Origin: Raillietiella orientalis
Lineage: Eukaryota
Assembly (NCBI GenBank): GCA_036172245.1
Contig: JAYWIR010000007.1
Span: forward strand, 4,464,001-4,528,000
Direction of reading: 5' to 3'
DNA: 64,000 nucleotides
This document shows, in pieces, positions 1-12,921 of the stretch (its first letter is position 1; every line of letters begins with the position of its first letter). Under the pieces are notes generated by a model that saw only the letters and a list, made by a program, of their open reading frames with translations, was not told the DNA's origin and made no database searches. A program made the translations under genes and the position numbers.

Positions 1-1900
1 CCATACCAGATTGTGCCATCCCAAGAATTGGCAGCTGTTGCAATTTTTGGTGAAGCAGGTGAGACCTGCCCAGTTTGTAGTCAACCTCAAGCAGAATTTG
101 AGACTGCATCACCTTCAAAACTATTTACAAAAGCAGCCCATTAGTCTGGTAAGCAAAAGCCTGAAACATTACAAAACCAGAAAATATTTGGCACAGCCTA
201 TCTTGTCACGAGTGCAACAAGCCCAGCTGCAGAAAGATTTACAGTTAGTAAAAAATGTACAATTGCAAAGAAAGTTGGACACATTAAGACAGCATGTATC
301 TCAACTAAGGACCAAGCTGAATCATACATACTGTAAGTGGTTTGTACCTTAAGAATCTCAATACAAAGCTTTGTATCCACAGATTCCCTTTATACTCCTG
401 ACTTGTATTTCTCACATCATTTGCAACATACAATAAGCATTTTCCAACAGCATTTGGAAAGAATTGAAGAGCACCAGCAATCCATTCAGATCTTAAACCA
501 GGAACTGCAACAGCTTCATTTGCCTTTAACCTCCGGCATGCATTTGGAGATGCATGATGCTAAGGTAGACAACTTGACAACTTCCCCCTAATCCAAATGT
601 TAGTAGCAACAATTACAAGAGGATCTGCTTGCTATCCAAGCCCATATTGCAGGCTTCTGCAATGCAGGCAGGCTGCAAGCTAGTCCTGTGGCCACACCTG
701 CTCTTAGAAGCAGGCTGCTGGAACATAGTACTCGACTGTCAGTTTCTCAGTTGTGTGAAATACTAATTGACTGTTGCACAATCCAGGAGCAACGGCTGCG
801 GAAGGCTCTTCTAGATCTCAATAACGTGGCCAGGTGAGGAGAATGAAATTCCATGTCATGCTGTGATGCAGTCAGCAGGATAGGGAGCTCATTGAAGAAG
901 CACAGCATCGAGGGTGCTATGAATACATGCAGGTGTATTTGCTGAGGCTTCAGATTCAAAAGAAGGTTGCTGAACTCGAGATCCAGTCCCCAAGTGCATG
1001 TAGTCTTTGTCCTACATCATATGCCTCACGTGCTCAACTGAAAGTGGTGCAGACATTGGCTGGCAAATTTAAGCATCAGATAGACTCACTGAAGTTGGTC
1101 CCGGAACAGTTGCTGGAATTAGACACATGCTTGCAAGCTGGTCAGCAGCAGTTGGTGAGCTTAGCCTTCCAGTGCTTCTTTGATCATCCTTCCCTAGGAA
1201 ATTCAAGCAGATCTGTTGTATCAATTGTTGGGTTGCATAGAGGAGCAGCTCGTAACCTCTCAAACAGAGCCTTGGTCTCCCCCAGATTTGAAGCTGCAGT
1301 TGTTTATTCCCAGTTCTGATAGTCTTTCATCTTTCCCAAGCATGAGTTTGCAGAGACCTACCGGGTCGACAACAAATGAGCATCAAATCCCTGCTTATCA
1401 CAGCTCATATGCAGCCCTGCTGATGCAGTCACAGGTGGAAAAGCAAGCTCTCTTGTTGTGTCAGATCCATGATTTATACCACTTACTGCAAAAGCACGTT
1501 CTAACTTTCGAAGAAGGTGAGTTGTTATGAATTGCACCTGAACGTTTGCTGTTAGGGGCTGCAGAGGAAGAAACTTGGGCACGTACCATCCTTGATATGG
1601 AAAAAAGACTACATCAGTTAGAATTAAGTGGACATGAAAGTCTAGTGTTCTTGGAAGAAGTGCGCTCAGCAAAAGAAGATGTGCTGAAACAGCCTGCTGG
1701 CCACTGTGATGCTGGTTTTACATATGAGGGGCTGACCCTGCCAGAGTGGGAGCAACGCTTTCAGAATGCTCGTTGTTAATTTAGAAAGTGCCCTTTCATC
1801 AAGCCTGCAAAGAATACAGTCAACTCTAAGAGCAATACACCTCAGGGGAGTGAGCATTCTGCTGAGGTGTACTGCTCGCAGAGTTGCTCTTGATGACGAA
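1..1900 (+). pseudogene. Degenerate coding-like segment with coiled-coil character; origin unknown (decayed TE ORF or pseudogene)
   Basis: Successive short + ORFs (11-352, 337-591, 927-1319, 1546-1779) rich in Q/L/E/K heptads (LQRKLDTLRQHVSQL, ILDMEKRLHQLEL), broken by stops and frameshifts. Strongly CpG-depleted. Confidence 0.35.
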
Positions 1901-2339
1901 AAGATTTGACCCCATCGTTCTTGATGGCACCAAACCAAACCGGAAAAACCGAACGGATTGCGTATTCAGGCAAAACTTTCGAAATGAAACTTTGAAATCT
2001 GCAGGAAACAGGCGGATTTGGGTACCAGCGATTCAAAGCGTTCATGCAATTAACGAATAACTAATAAATTTTATTCTTCCATTATGATCCCAAATTGCAT
2101 TCAGAACAGAACCGCCAGCTTTGGGCCTTCGAAGAGTGTGCTCTCGGCATCGCCGAGACGATACCGCAAGTGCTGTTTCGCCGACGGGAGCGAAACAACA
2201 GCTGTTTAAGCTATCCACTCATAAATTCCAAGCTGCATTTGCGGGACGGGTTGGGGCCCCCATGACTCGTTTGTCTTGTTTTTTCTATGGCTTTTTCCCC
2301 CCGATTCGGAGACGTTCAGCATGCTCCGCAGTAGCAGTT

Positions 2340-4276
2340 TGAGGTGATCTTTATGCATGGCTACCAACACTCGGGAGCGTTTGGCTGCTATTCGCGAAGA
2401 GTATCCGGGAGGATCGCGTCCCCGACAAGTGGCCTTCTCTTCGATATCTGATGGAAATCAATTGCGCTTCCATCCTGGAGAGCGGATTCCTGCTGCACGT
2501 GAGATTATGGTTCCCAACTTGACTGAGGCGTGGATTGGGAATATCTCGGGATGCGCATCTCTGAGAGCCCTGCCCTGCTGGCTGCGGGACCACACTCTGC
2601 CTTGTTGGCTGCCCAACAGCAGGAAAAAGTTCGGTTTCGGTTGTGTAGGAGCTTCGTTTTTCGCACGAACTGTAACGTGTTCGGCGTCGCGGATTAGCAT
2701 TCCCTGAAAGATTTCAGGGAGGGGAGTGATCCTGTGGATGATTTTGTGCACTTGCTGGGAGTTTGGTGGAACCTCGAATTCAGCCAGAGACGCTGGATAC
2801 AAATAACACGTGCGAAGTTAAGGGAGGAGACGGTAGAACATGGGTCAGATGGAAACTCTGATGAGTCCTTGGGCTGGCAACTTGGCGCTCCTGGTTCAAA
2901 GGTTCTGGAACGCTTATCTTGTAGAAGAGAAGACGTCCATCTTCCTTTCATGGATCGGCACGTCGCCGCTGGTGCCTAACTGTTCAGCATCTCAGCTGCG
3001 ATTGCGACGACGAGGGCTATAAATAAACTCGACACCTTCCATCGCATTTCCATCCGTCACCGTCTTTTGGGATTGTTTGCTGAAGTTGGTCAGTGGTCGC
3101 TGTTTTCTTCTCATCGGCCCTTCTTCCGAAGCATTGGGGACGCTCTTGTTGTATATTTTCATTGCACTTTCCACGATCGAGGCTCCAGTCCCCTCCCGAC
3201 CATCAGTTCCAGAAGCGGGGATGGGTCGTGGGTCTTGGCGACGGCAACACGCGTCCTCCTTCGGGGTGGTCCAAACGCGAAACGGACCGCGGATGGGTTG
3301 TACACGGTAGGATATGAAGTGCGAATGGGACTTCCCGTCATGCGCGTTCCGGAACCACGGCTTCTTCTCACCTTCTTCGAGGAAGACTCCAAGCCGTCCA
3401 TTTTCGGGACCCCCACCGCCGGCAGCCCGATGCTTCGATGGGAGGCTGTCCACCTCCCCGTTTCCTCTCCTCCCTCGCTCCGTTCGAACATCCCAGCTAC
3501 CTTGTGGCTCTCAGCTGCCCTGCCGCGTGTCAAATCCTCGAAGCAGAAGCAACAAGGAAGTTCCCTAGCTGCCAGGTGCGGGGTCAGCGGAGTTGATCTC
3601 GCTGCACTTGCTCCTGGACTGCGGTGCCCTCCTGGAACTGTTTCGGAGGCTGGCAGCAGCGCTCCTGCATCAGGAGGACACCGCCTGCGACCCGATGAGG
3701 CGGTTCTTCTCGCCGGGAGGACTCCCGGACTGGCGCGGACCATGGGCTGCATCCGTGCCATCGCACGGATGCAGGCCTCCATGGCCCTCCATGTGCTCGA
3801 GACGATCACGCAGCGAAGGGAGGTCATCGAGATGTCAGCCGCCTACATGCAGGAGGTCCTCAAGGTGGTCTCACCTGGTATAAGAAGTGAAGGAAGGGAT
3901 CTCCGGCATGCAAAACCGGTTTGAGGAGAACTAGGAACGGTGCACACCGGTAACCCTTGCCTCCCTTCTTTTTTTTTTTCCCCTCGTTCCTCATCCCCGT
4001 TCGTTCCGTAACTCCTCCGGTGTTTTTTTTGTTGTTGCCTTGATCCCGGTGCACACGGAGCGAACTCATAGATCCCTGTCCCATCCCATCGCATTTACTT
4101 ATTTATTTTGTAGTCTCCAACTCCCCTCCCCAATCCGGACTTTTCGATATCCCGGCCTCCGTGTCGGTGGACCCTCCCCTTGAACATCTTTTGTCTTTGG
4201 TTGGGAACTAGCGTGTTCCCAACAGGTTCATTTATTTTTTGTAAAAGAAACGCCCCGCCGTGACTGAGTGAAAAAA
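2340..4276 (+). mobile_element. LINE-A (L1/Tx1-like) 3' fragment: end of RT, CCHC zinc finger, 3' UTR and tail
   Basis: HLLGVWW (YLG-like) near 2750; ARCG..SLHLLLDC zinc finger near 3570-3625; family C-terminal motif GCIRAIA; ends AAAAGAAACGCCCCGCCGTGACTGAGTG followed by A6. Confidence 0.75.
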
Positions 4277-4639
4277 TTCCATGACCACTGATCTGCTTTC
4301 CATGGAAACCAACACCTTTCCTGAGATCTGATGAGCATCACACTCAACTCTCGGTTGATCTCACAGGGCCAGATCAGCATACCAGGATGCGCTCCTAGGC
4401 GGATGTCACGGATCCAGTGGTCCAAGCTTCAGCCTTCAAGCAAGGCGGACTTCCCACTCATCTCAAGTGTAAGAATGGTCTGAGCTCATTTTCGGCCACA
4501 AGGCTACTGGTCATTCACCTTACCGGCCGCGACTCCGCTCGCCAACTTCTGAGTTCGCCTTCCTGGCGAACACGGCAAGACCAGAAGCTCGAGGGTCTTC
4601 ATCCATCTGTCTCATTGGATCTCAGTTGCTAGGCTACCA

Positions 4640-5412
4640 TTTCCTTTCGGATCCTCATTTGATTTTTCATTGGCTTCGTGAAGCAGCAACCGTGCTTCCT
4701 AACCACCTTAAGAAATTGGAACGTCTTCGTCCAGCTCAAGGGATACCCTCTCACGCCTGGGGAGGGATTCCCGAAGGGAACCTCCACCCTGGTGGTCTCC
4801 GAAGGGAACCCTGGAGGGAATCTCCTTCCTTATTCTCTCCGGAGAGAAACCCCCCGGAAAGGATCTGCTCCTGTTTCCTCCTCTGAAGAGAACCCCGAAG
4901 GGACGCTTGGGCGCCTCCCCGAAAGGAGCGGCGCGCCTCTCTGCACTCTGGAGAGGTACCGCACCAACTCCATGGTACAAGATGGAGGGTCCATCGACCA
5001 ACGGTGCTTCGATGGGAGAGTACCGGTCAGGAAGCAGAGCTTCCTGACCAGTACATACAACTGCATCCCCAGAAGAACTCATGTGCATACAACACTTGGG
5101 CTCCTCTGAACAACCAGAGGGGAAACCCCACCACTCCTTGATTCTGTTTCCTGGAAGGACCCGGAAGTCGACTCCCATTGTCCCCATTGTCACTCATCGG
5201 GGACATGCGGTTTGAACCGCTACCGGTGCCGTTCAAACCGCAAACCACCGAAGCCAACAGACCAACCAGCGTCATCTCGCGGGAGGAAGTCGAACCCTCT
5301 TGGAGTTCCCTCTCTTGGCGCCGGTTCTTTCCCGAAGTTTGAATCCGGAGTCGCGGGTTCGAACTCGCGACCCCGGGTGCCACGTTCGGAGACCTCAGCA
5401 GCCACAGGGCTT
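4640..5412 (-). mobile_element. SINE-X copy 1 (tRNA-headed long SINE-like element, internally deleted)
   Basis: Minus-strand head TGGCTGCTGAGG...GAGTTCGAACCC; body aligns by eye with 46786-47665 and 36440-36850; T-rich tail near 4640-4670. Confidence 0.7.
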
Positions 5413-5419
5413 CCGACAC

Positions 5420-5497
5420 GAGCATGGTTTATATCCGTCCCCGACTAGTCTATTTATTTTTTATAAAAGAAACGCCCCTGCGTGACCGGACAAAAAA
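5420..5497 (+). mobile_element. LINE-A extreme 3' tail only
   Basis: TATTTATTTTTTATAAAAGAAACGCCCCTGCGTGACCGGAC followed by A6; matches the family terminus. Confidence 0.7.
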
Positions 5498-5499
5498 CC

Positions 5500-6485
5500 T
5501 CTTTGTCGCCTCCAGCTGTCCTCTCGCCCTCTCCGACCTTTCAGTTCTCCTGCGCGGCCAGCTTGCCGCCAGCTTGGTGCATTCCTCCCAGAAAGGTCGC
5601 ACCCCTTCACGAGGCTCGAAATCAGAGGGGACCAAGGTGCTGGGAGGGTCTCTCCAGGGGAGATAGGAAAGGGATCGGCCTTCGGTGACGTCAGGTCATC
5701 CTCTGCGGAACCTTCCTAAGGAAAAAGTGGCTCCAGCGGGGGCCGATCGACCACGTCAGCGGCAGCGTTCGGGACAAGCATTCGTTGCTTGGATACGGAG
5801 CCCGCCATCCAGTCCCGAGCGACCAGCGTGCAAGGCTTCGGGGAACTGTGGCCCGGGCTCGCAGCTCCGAGTGAGTTCGGGTGACCCCCGGTGGGGCTCT
5901 TCATCGCCCGGTGAACAGGAACAGCCACGTGGCAGGATCCGCAGTGCTGTGAGGAAGAGAACGGGCCCACGTGACCGTCAGGCGGTGGGTGTGCGCGAAG
6001 GTCGTCGCGCGTGCGACAGGGCGCCGCCGTCGAACACTGCGCGGCCGGTCACGCCGAGAAATCAGGACGAAGATGGAGAGAAACTCCGGTCGGCAGGCAA
6101 ACGAAAGACGCTCAGAGTGATGACTCGTCGTCGGTGAGACCTGACCCCGTCCCGAGGGAAAAGGGGACCGCTCCCATCACTCTCGAGGCGCGCTGACCGT
6201 CCAAAACCGCACCCCGGAGTTCCACAAGGCTGCCTGAGGGTTGTTTGCTCGCGCCTGTGGTGGTCAGGAACGGCGCACCCGAGGGTGTGATCAGGGGATT
6301 CCCCCTCCAGCATCTCCACGTCAGACGGACCCATCCCTTTTTTATCCTCCGCTCGAGGTCTCTGAGGGTAGCCCAATCCTGCGCCAGCCATTCCCTTCCT
6401 TCTGAGCCCCACCCGTCACCCAAGGATCTCTGATTCTCTGGTGACTCCGCCCTTTGCTGGATCCATTGACCCAAGAGGTCGTACT
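5500..6485 (-). mobile_element. Degenerate LINE ORF2 fragments
   Basis: KKGWVRLTWRCWRGNPLI (W.NP.I-like post-RT motif; resembles KKGWMR near 30.8 kb) and a FWEECTKL coiled linker. Weak. Confidence 0.35.
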
Positions 6486-6491
6486 TACGAA

Positions 6492-6858
6492 GGTCGGGTG
6501 GCTGCGGTCTCCGCGCGCGGTGTGCCGAGTGACGTGGGTTCGAATCCCGCCTGAAGAAAGGTCGACAGCAAGAAAGAGGGGATGCGTCGTGGGTTTGGAG
6601 TCCCCCCGCGAGATGGCGTTGGCTGGCCTATTCGGATTCCGAGGCACCGGGCCGGAAACCCTTGGATGCCTCCTGTTGACTGGCCGGGATTTGGAGGTTG
6701 AGCCTTCGAGGTCCTTCCAGGACATCGAGGAGCCCCTCGGAGTCCCCCTCTGGTTGCGAAAGTGGATTCTCCCCCCCTCGAAGGAAGACCTTCCATCGCT
6801 GGTACCTTGCAGCTGCTCGGCGCCCCCCTCTCCGCCCCTCCAGAGAGCTAAGAGCGCC
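6492..6858 (+). mobile_element. SINE-X copy 2 (5' part)
   Basis: A-box-like GGTGGCTGCGGT and B box GGGTTCGAATCCC at about 6536-6548; the next 300 bp is collinear with the reverse complement of 47270-47665. Confidence 0.8.
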
Positions 6859-6859
6859 G

Positions 6860-9800
6860 ACGAATGCTAGTGCATCTCTGTTGATGAAGTGGAGAGCCGG
6901 TCCCCAGAGCCAGTGGGCCTTCCTCTGCTCCGATACCTCCCCTGGTGTCCGGGCGGGTCGACCCCCAAGGCACTGCCGCGACCGCCCTTCCGCCTCTTCG
7001 AAGCACCGAACCCAGTCGCGGCTCGCAACCCGTCCCAGGCGGCATGGACGCCCTCCTTTCCCGCGTGGTCATCCTGACCCACACTGCTATGCCCCTCAGG
7101 GGTGGCGCTTTCGTTCCAGACGGTGTGCCCCGGTGGCACCACCCCCGCGGGGCGCTGCTCTTAGAGCCGTGTTACACGGACCGGTCCCTCTGCTGGACAG
7201 GAAACGCGCACACTGGAGATGCAGACCCACGCGGCACGTGGCCTACCTCCATTTGTGGGCCACTAGGGGGGTCTTTTCCTCGAAGGTCCGCCTCGTCCCC
7301 GCTCCGGCAGGCGCTTCTCTCCTCGCTGCTAGGTCGGTTGGACTCCACCCGACGCAGTCACGCCCTGACTCTCAACCCCCCGCGAGTGCACGCAGCCTCT
7401 TCCTTTACCAGCTGCCACACACCGGAACCACGTGCTCTCCCCCTCGCCTCCAGGCGGGACCCAGGAGCAGCAGCTCCAACCGTCCTCGCCCACTCGGCAG
7501 GATTTCCGGAGTCCCCTCAAGAACGACGACGTCCTGCGGCAGCCGGAAATTCCAAGGACGTACGGGAACAGGCAGCCTTGTTTATGGTGCCAACGGAGGA
7601 AGCACGTGGGAAACAAAGGAGCCGGGATCTTTGCGATCTTCCCGCCCCACCCGTCTTCCTGTTCTGCCCGTGAAAAGAGGAGGCGCAGTTGTGGACGGAG
7701 ATGTTTGGAACCGCTCCGTCCACATCCACCCTTCCTCCTCCTCTCCTTTTCCTCCTCCTTCCTGACCAGTACTCTCCCAAGTTCATTCCATAGCCCTCCC
7801 TTTCTCTTCGTGGTCGATCTCCCGAGTCGATCTCCCATTGGGCTCCAGGATGTCCGGCGAGTAGGACTCTCGAGAATGGGGGAAACTAGCGACACCGCCT
7901 CTGCGCAGGGTCCCCTTGCGCGTTGGGTACTCTTCTGGGGATGGCGACAGGGAGTCTGTTGGACCGCGCAGCTGCGCTCGCCCGCACCCGGCGCGCCCTC
8001 GTACTCAGTGGTCGGGGTTCTACGCGCCCGTCCGACTCCAACTTCCAGCCCTGTCCCCCTCCTACTCGCCGGACTCGCGGGCCCGAGGGCCCATGCGTCC
8101 CCGTCCGGGCACGCGAGACGTTCCGTTCGGGCGGAATTCGATCCTCGCATGGAATGGGGATGGGGTCACGCGCGCGCACCGTGAGGCGCGGGAGGAGGGA
8201 CACCTGCAAGGGTGCCGCTGTAATGCGACCTTTAAGAATTCTGGATGGAGCCGGAGCCATGGAAATGGGTGGAGCACCGATTTCTGGAGCTGCCGGTGCG
8301 AAGTGCCCGAGGCTTATCGGTCCCACTCCGCGGCCGCAGGGCTCAGACGGCCGGGCAACCGCGGCGGTTTCGCGGAGCGGGCCTCCTGGGGGAAGGGGAG
8401 GCGACCAGAAAAGACCGCGTCCGAGTCCTCCAACGCGCTTCCTCTTCCGGTCACACTCGTGCGACGCGAGCTCGGCCTCCGCCGCCATTTTCACCCGCCC
8501 GGGAACCCTCTGCCCGCTGCTCTCCCGCACTGCGCAGGCGCCCACCCGCTCGCGGGGTCGCAACTCCCCATGTGGCTTCCCCTCCCTCCCACCTTCCCTC
8601 GGCCGCTCGACTCGCAGAAGCCTCACCGGGCCGCGTCCCGGAACCCCCGCTGCCAGGGGATCCACATTCTTCGGCGGCAGCGGGAGACCCATTAGGGGGC
8701 TGTGGGGCCACCAGCGGGGAGCTCGTTCGTGCCTGAGGGGACAGTGGCGGAGGTCGCGCGAGGCGCTGGGGGCGGCAGCGCACGGCGGAGTCGCAGGGAG
8801 GGATTTGGCGCGCAACCTGGGAGGGCTCTGCGGAAAGGGGGGGAGGGACATCCCCGATCGATGTCGCCTCGCCGCGGGGGACCTGTGCGTGCTCACCTCG
8901 GCCACCGTGCCGGCAGTGCAGCGAGGCCTCCGCGGCTGCAAGCGGCGACGCCGCCACCACCAGGCAGCGGGAGTCCCTAAGGAGAGGTGGGTGCGCACGT
9001 GGCGGTACGCGTGCTCGTGTGCTCCCGGGACGCGTCGCGTCCCTCAGGGCGGGTCGGAGGGCACGTCGCGGGGGTGCGTGCCTGCCTGCAAGGGGCGCTC
9101 CCCTTTTCGGCTCCACCTGCGTCGCCTCGCCCCTGGCGGCCTCTCTCACCTGCGGGAGCGACCGCGGCATTGAGGACGGAAGGCGGCAGGTGGCCGCCCT
9201 CGTACGGGGGGTAACAATGAGAGGCGATTCCATGGCCCCATCTCCCTTCCCGTTCCCTTCCCGACACGGGCCCTCCCTCCGGCACCATGCGCATCTCCCG
9301 TGGTTGCTACGTCCCCCACCCACTCCTGAATCTGTGGGTTTGTTGGCCCCCTTCCTCCTCACTCCCACCCCCACCCCCTTCCCTGGCTCTGCTCCCATTG
9401 AAATTCGGCCCCTTCGTGAACGGCCAGCAGAGGTCTGGAAAGTTCTTCCTCATTGGAAGTCGCGGGACGCCGTCCCCAGGGCGTCTTTGATGTTTTCCTC
9501 CCCAACTGGCACCGTCGATTGACTCCTGCCTACGGGGCGGATGACCTGAACGCCCTCCGGGCTTCTGGCTCCGGGAAGAGAGCGCACAGCTGACGAAAAA
9601 CGCGGCGCGCAGCGGGTGGCACGCGCGTTCCCCACCCTCGCGATCCCCGGAGGTTCCTTGATCCACGGGGCGGGCACGGAGGATCGGGTCTCCGGAGACG
9701 TCACGGAAGCCTAAGCACTCGCCGGCAGCTGGCGCCGCAGCTCCTTCGCTCATGTCCATCGCGGCCGGGAGATCCTCACCTTCGTGGAGACTGTTGCGCA
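6860..9800 (+). mobile_element. Highly degenerate LINE 5' half: ORF1 knuckle, APE endonuclease, linker, start of RT
   Basis: Motif remnants in the expected order: YGNRQPCLWCQRRKH (~7570), G..CNAT (GDFN-like, ~8215), SGH (SDH-like, ~8450), KERWVRTW linker (~8985), VLPHWKSRD (GKSPG-like, ~9450). Confidence 0.45.
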
Positions 9801-9879
9801 TCGTCGGGCGGGCGGGGAGGGGGGGGGGGGAGAAGAAACGGGGCGGGCGAGAAGGGGCATCGCGCATGCGCGTGACTCG

Positions 9880-10200
9880 CCTAGCTCCTAGAAATCCAGG
9901 CTACAGCCGCCGATGTGCCCAGTCGACCGTGCGAGCGAGCGTAGCGCGTCCCTTCCTTGCTGAGCGACATCCCTTCTCACCTTTCCCTGGCATCGCTTTT
10001 CGAAAGACAGCGTCGTCGTCTGTTTCGGGAGCCTTACCGACGGCAAAACCCAGCTACGGATTCTTCGAGCTCCTCTCGCGCTCTCTCGCTCAGTCGCTGG
10101 AAGGTTGCCTAGGAAACGCCGGAAAGCTGAGCGTCGTCTCTGGCTCCGGGAAGAGGACGCGTGTCGGTGCTCCCGGTGACCCTGTGATCCACTTTTCCCC
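9880..10200 (-). mobile_element. LINE ORF2 pre-RT fragment
   Basis: Across frameshifts reads FLGNLP/RLSERAREELEESV/AVGKAPETD, resembling FL..LP.LS...LE...GKAPGPDG. Confidence 0.5.
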
Positions 10201-11383
10201 GGGCGCCGCCTGCCGGACGAGCGCGATCGACCTCGCCCGGCCCCTGCGGGGGATGCGCCCGAGCTGTTCCGCCGCGGGGGGGCAATCGGCTGGTGCCCGC
10301 GAGACCTGGCTGAGCAGTTCGGAAGCGGCGGGGCGACTCCGCGGTTCGTCGCCCGAGAGCCGAAGGACTGGGACCGTCCCGGGGTCCCAGTCGGACCATT
10401 CCGCCTCCGGCGCCCGCCGCACCGGCGGCCTTGGAAAGGGGAAGCTCAGGGGGGGTCACCCCGCCGCCTCTCACCCGGGTGTGCCGAGGCGTTCCCGGGT
10501 GAGAAGCCTATTCCCGGTGCGGAGACGTTGATGTGCCGCGCCGCCTTGCGGAGGGCCGTCCGCCTTCTGGGCGCGTCAGGTCGGGGGCACCCGACCCTGG
10601 CCCCAGGGCGCGCCGCCGTCTCGCCGCTCCTTCCCCGCGAGGGCACCTGCGGAGTCGCGACCTTCCTCGGCGGCTACGGCCCTCCCGAGGCAGGAGCGCT
10701 CTCGAGTTGACCGCCTCCTTCCAGTCATCCAGAGGAGGGTGGGCTCCCGCACGGCCAACGCCCCGCCACCTTGGCGCGCGCGACCGCTGCTCCGTTCCGG
10801 AAGCTACGGACTGTGGGCCGCCTCGGGCCCTCCTGACGCTGACCCAGGCGAGCGACCGTCCGCCCTTTACTTCTCTCGGACGCGGGGCCGGCCGCAGCAG
10901 AAAGTCGCGCGGGAAGGTCGCCCGTTCGCGGACGCCTCCTCCCCCCCCATCCGTAGCGCGAGACCTCGGAACGCCCTGCCCTGCTCGTGCGAGTTTCTTG
11001 ACGGCGCCTTCGCCGGTCACAACACCCGCGTCGGGGGGGAAACGGCGGCGGCGGCGGTCGGGGGTGGGAGGGGGGACGGAAGGCAGCTAAAGCCCCACTT
11101 CCAGCTGGTGCTCACCACCTACGGGAATACTCTGGCGACCCTGCCGCCCACCGGGCGCGTGGTGGCCCGCGGAGTTGGTCCGCGCGATCGGAGCATCGTC
11201 GGGAAGCTGACATGGGAAGCGGTCGAACTGGACCCTCATCTGGCAACTTCCCCCCCCTTCGAGCGATTCTTTCGAAGCACCTTGGTGCGCCCATGGGAGG
11301 TTTCCGTGCTACAGAGGCGAGCGACCCCACCGCCTCCGGGAGGCGGGCAGGAGCGCCGGACCCAAGAGCGGGTACTGTTGAGT

Positions 11384-11645
11384 GAATAAAAATGAATAAA
11401 AAGCAACTAAATAAAAAGTAAATAATAAAATAAATAAAAAACAAATAAATAATGAAATAAATAAATAAATGCTAAATAAATCACAAAATAAAAGGATAAA
11501 TGATAGATAAATAATAAATGAGCAAAATAATAAATAATGGATGATAAATAAATAACATATAAATCACAAATAATTAACAAAATCAATAACAAATGAATGA
11601 CAGAATCAATAAATAATAAGATAAATAACGAAAAATCAAATGAAG
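11384..11645 (+). repeat. A-rich low-complexity tract derived from (AAAT)n
   Basis: About 260 bp of degenerate AAAT/AATA units with sharp edges, inside very GC-rich flanks. Confidence 0.9.
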
Positions 11646-11723
11646 ATCGAGGCAGCCAATCGAAATTCTCGCGCTGTAGGCACCGCGGGCGCGAAAGCGC
11701 CTTGACAAGGAGTCTGGGCGTCT

Positions 11724-12915
11724 CCGCCTGGGCGCGCCGGGGCGCCTGCTATAAAAAGAACCCCCCCAAAAAAAATCGTGCAAAAGTCTGTGGCAGCACT
11801 GCCGGCCCCACCGTGCTTGCTGCACGCACAACCTGCCGAGATGCCCAGGTGCGCACGCAGCCCGGCGAAGTCCGCCTTCGCAGCGAAGGGGAAGGGAAAA
11901 AACGAAAAGGGGAGTGGGGGGGGGGGGAACTTCGGTCCGAACCCGGAACATGGAAAAGATTGTGGTGGGCAGCTCGTTGCTAGACGTCCTCTGCCACATA
12001 CCCCACCCTTTCCCCCCGCCAGGACTCCGGCTGCAGGTCTAGTCCGAGCACAGCCTGGATGGTGCCATCTCGTGGCGACCCCACGAAGGCATTCGCCCGG
12101 CGGATGGTCTCCCTTCCGTTCCACCCTGTTCTTGCAGCGCCCCAGAGCCGCCACCGTCCCGCGAATACAGCAGAGAGCCGCTGGGGACGCGGCTGGCGGG
12201 CCGCGTGAAGAGGCGCCGGGGACCCACGTCCCTGGGGTTGATAGCCTACCGGCATCCATAGGGCAGTTTCTCGAGGGGCCGGAGGGCAGTACGGTCCACG
12301 AGTGTGTGCGGGAGGGTTTCCCTTTTCCCGGCACTGAGCTGGGATCCGCCGGCGGTGCACAGAATCCGCCCAACCCCTCTTCCATCCTTTCCTGCCTTTT
12401 TGAGGGGAGGGCGGGGCTGGCCACGAGCACCACCGGTGCAACCGCAGATCTTCCGAAAGGATGGCCAGAGGCTGCGCCCAGTGGAGCGGCCACCTCGGCG
12501 ACCGGCGTTCGCATGCTCTGCCGGCGCCTGAGCACTCCGTTCACCCAGGGAGTCGGTGCGGTGCTTCCTCCGATGCGGCAGAAGCGACATCCCACCTGGT
12601 CGGCGCACCATCGCCCGGGGCAGGCGCAGCGCTGGGAGCTTCTCGAAGTCCTCCCTCTCGACACCTCAGGATCCCTTCCAAAGCGCGGCGAGCGTCGTTG
12701 CAGGACTTCCAGATCCACCCTTCACCGAATGAGAACGGCATTTCCTGGAGCCAAGTGCTGCAGTTCGCAGGCAAGCGGGATGGGGGGAGGGCGAACCAGA
12801 CGACTAGCCCTTCACCATGGCGAGCGCCCGTCCAAGAAGGGGACGTACTTGCATCGGGCCGGGATTCGGTGGATGCGAACGAGCGTCGATCCCTGGGAGC
12901 TGGCAGATCTCTCGA
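11724..12915 (-). mobile_element. LINE-A 3' fragment, GC-shifted
   Basis: PANCSTWLQE, ETLPHTLVDR, AALCCIRGTV and ATRWHHPG in the minus ORFs; terminus TTTTTATAGCAGGCGCCCCGGCGCGCCCAGGCG. Confidence 0.75.
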
Positions 12916-12921
12916 CGTTAC

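Noticed and set aside
11748..11758. TATA box (CTATAAAAAG)
   Set aside because: It is the reverse complement of the LINE-A 3' end.
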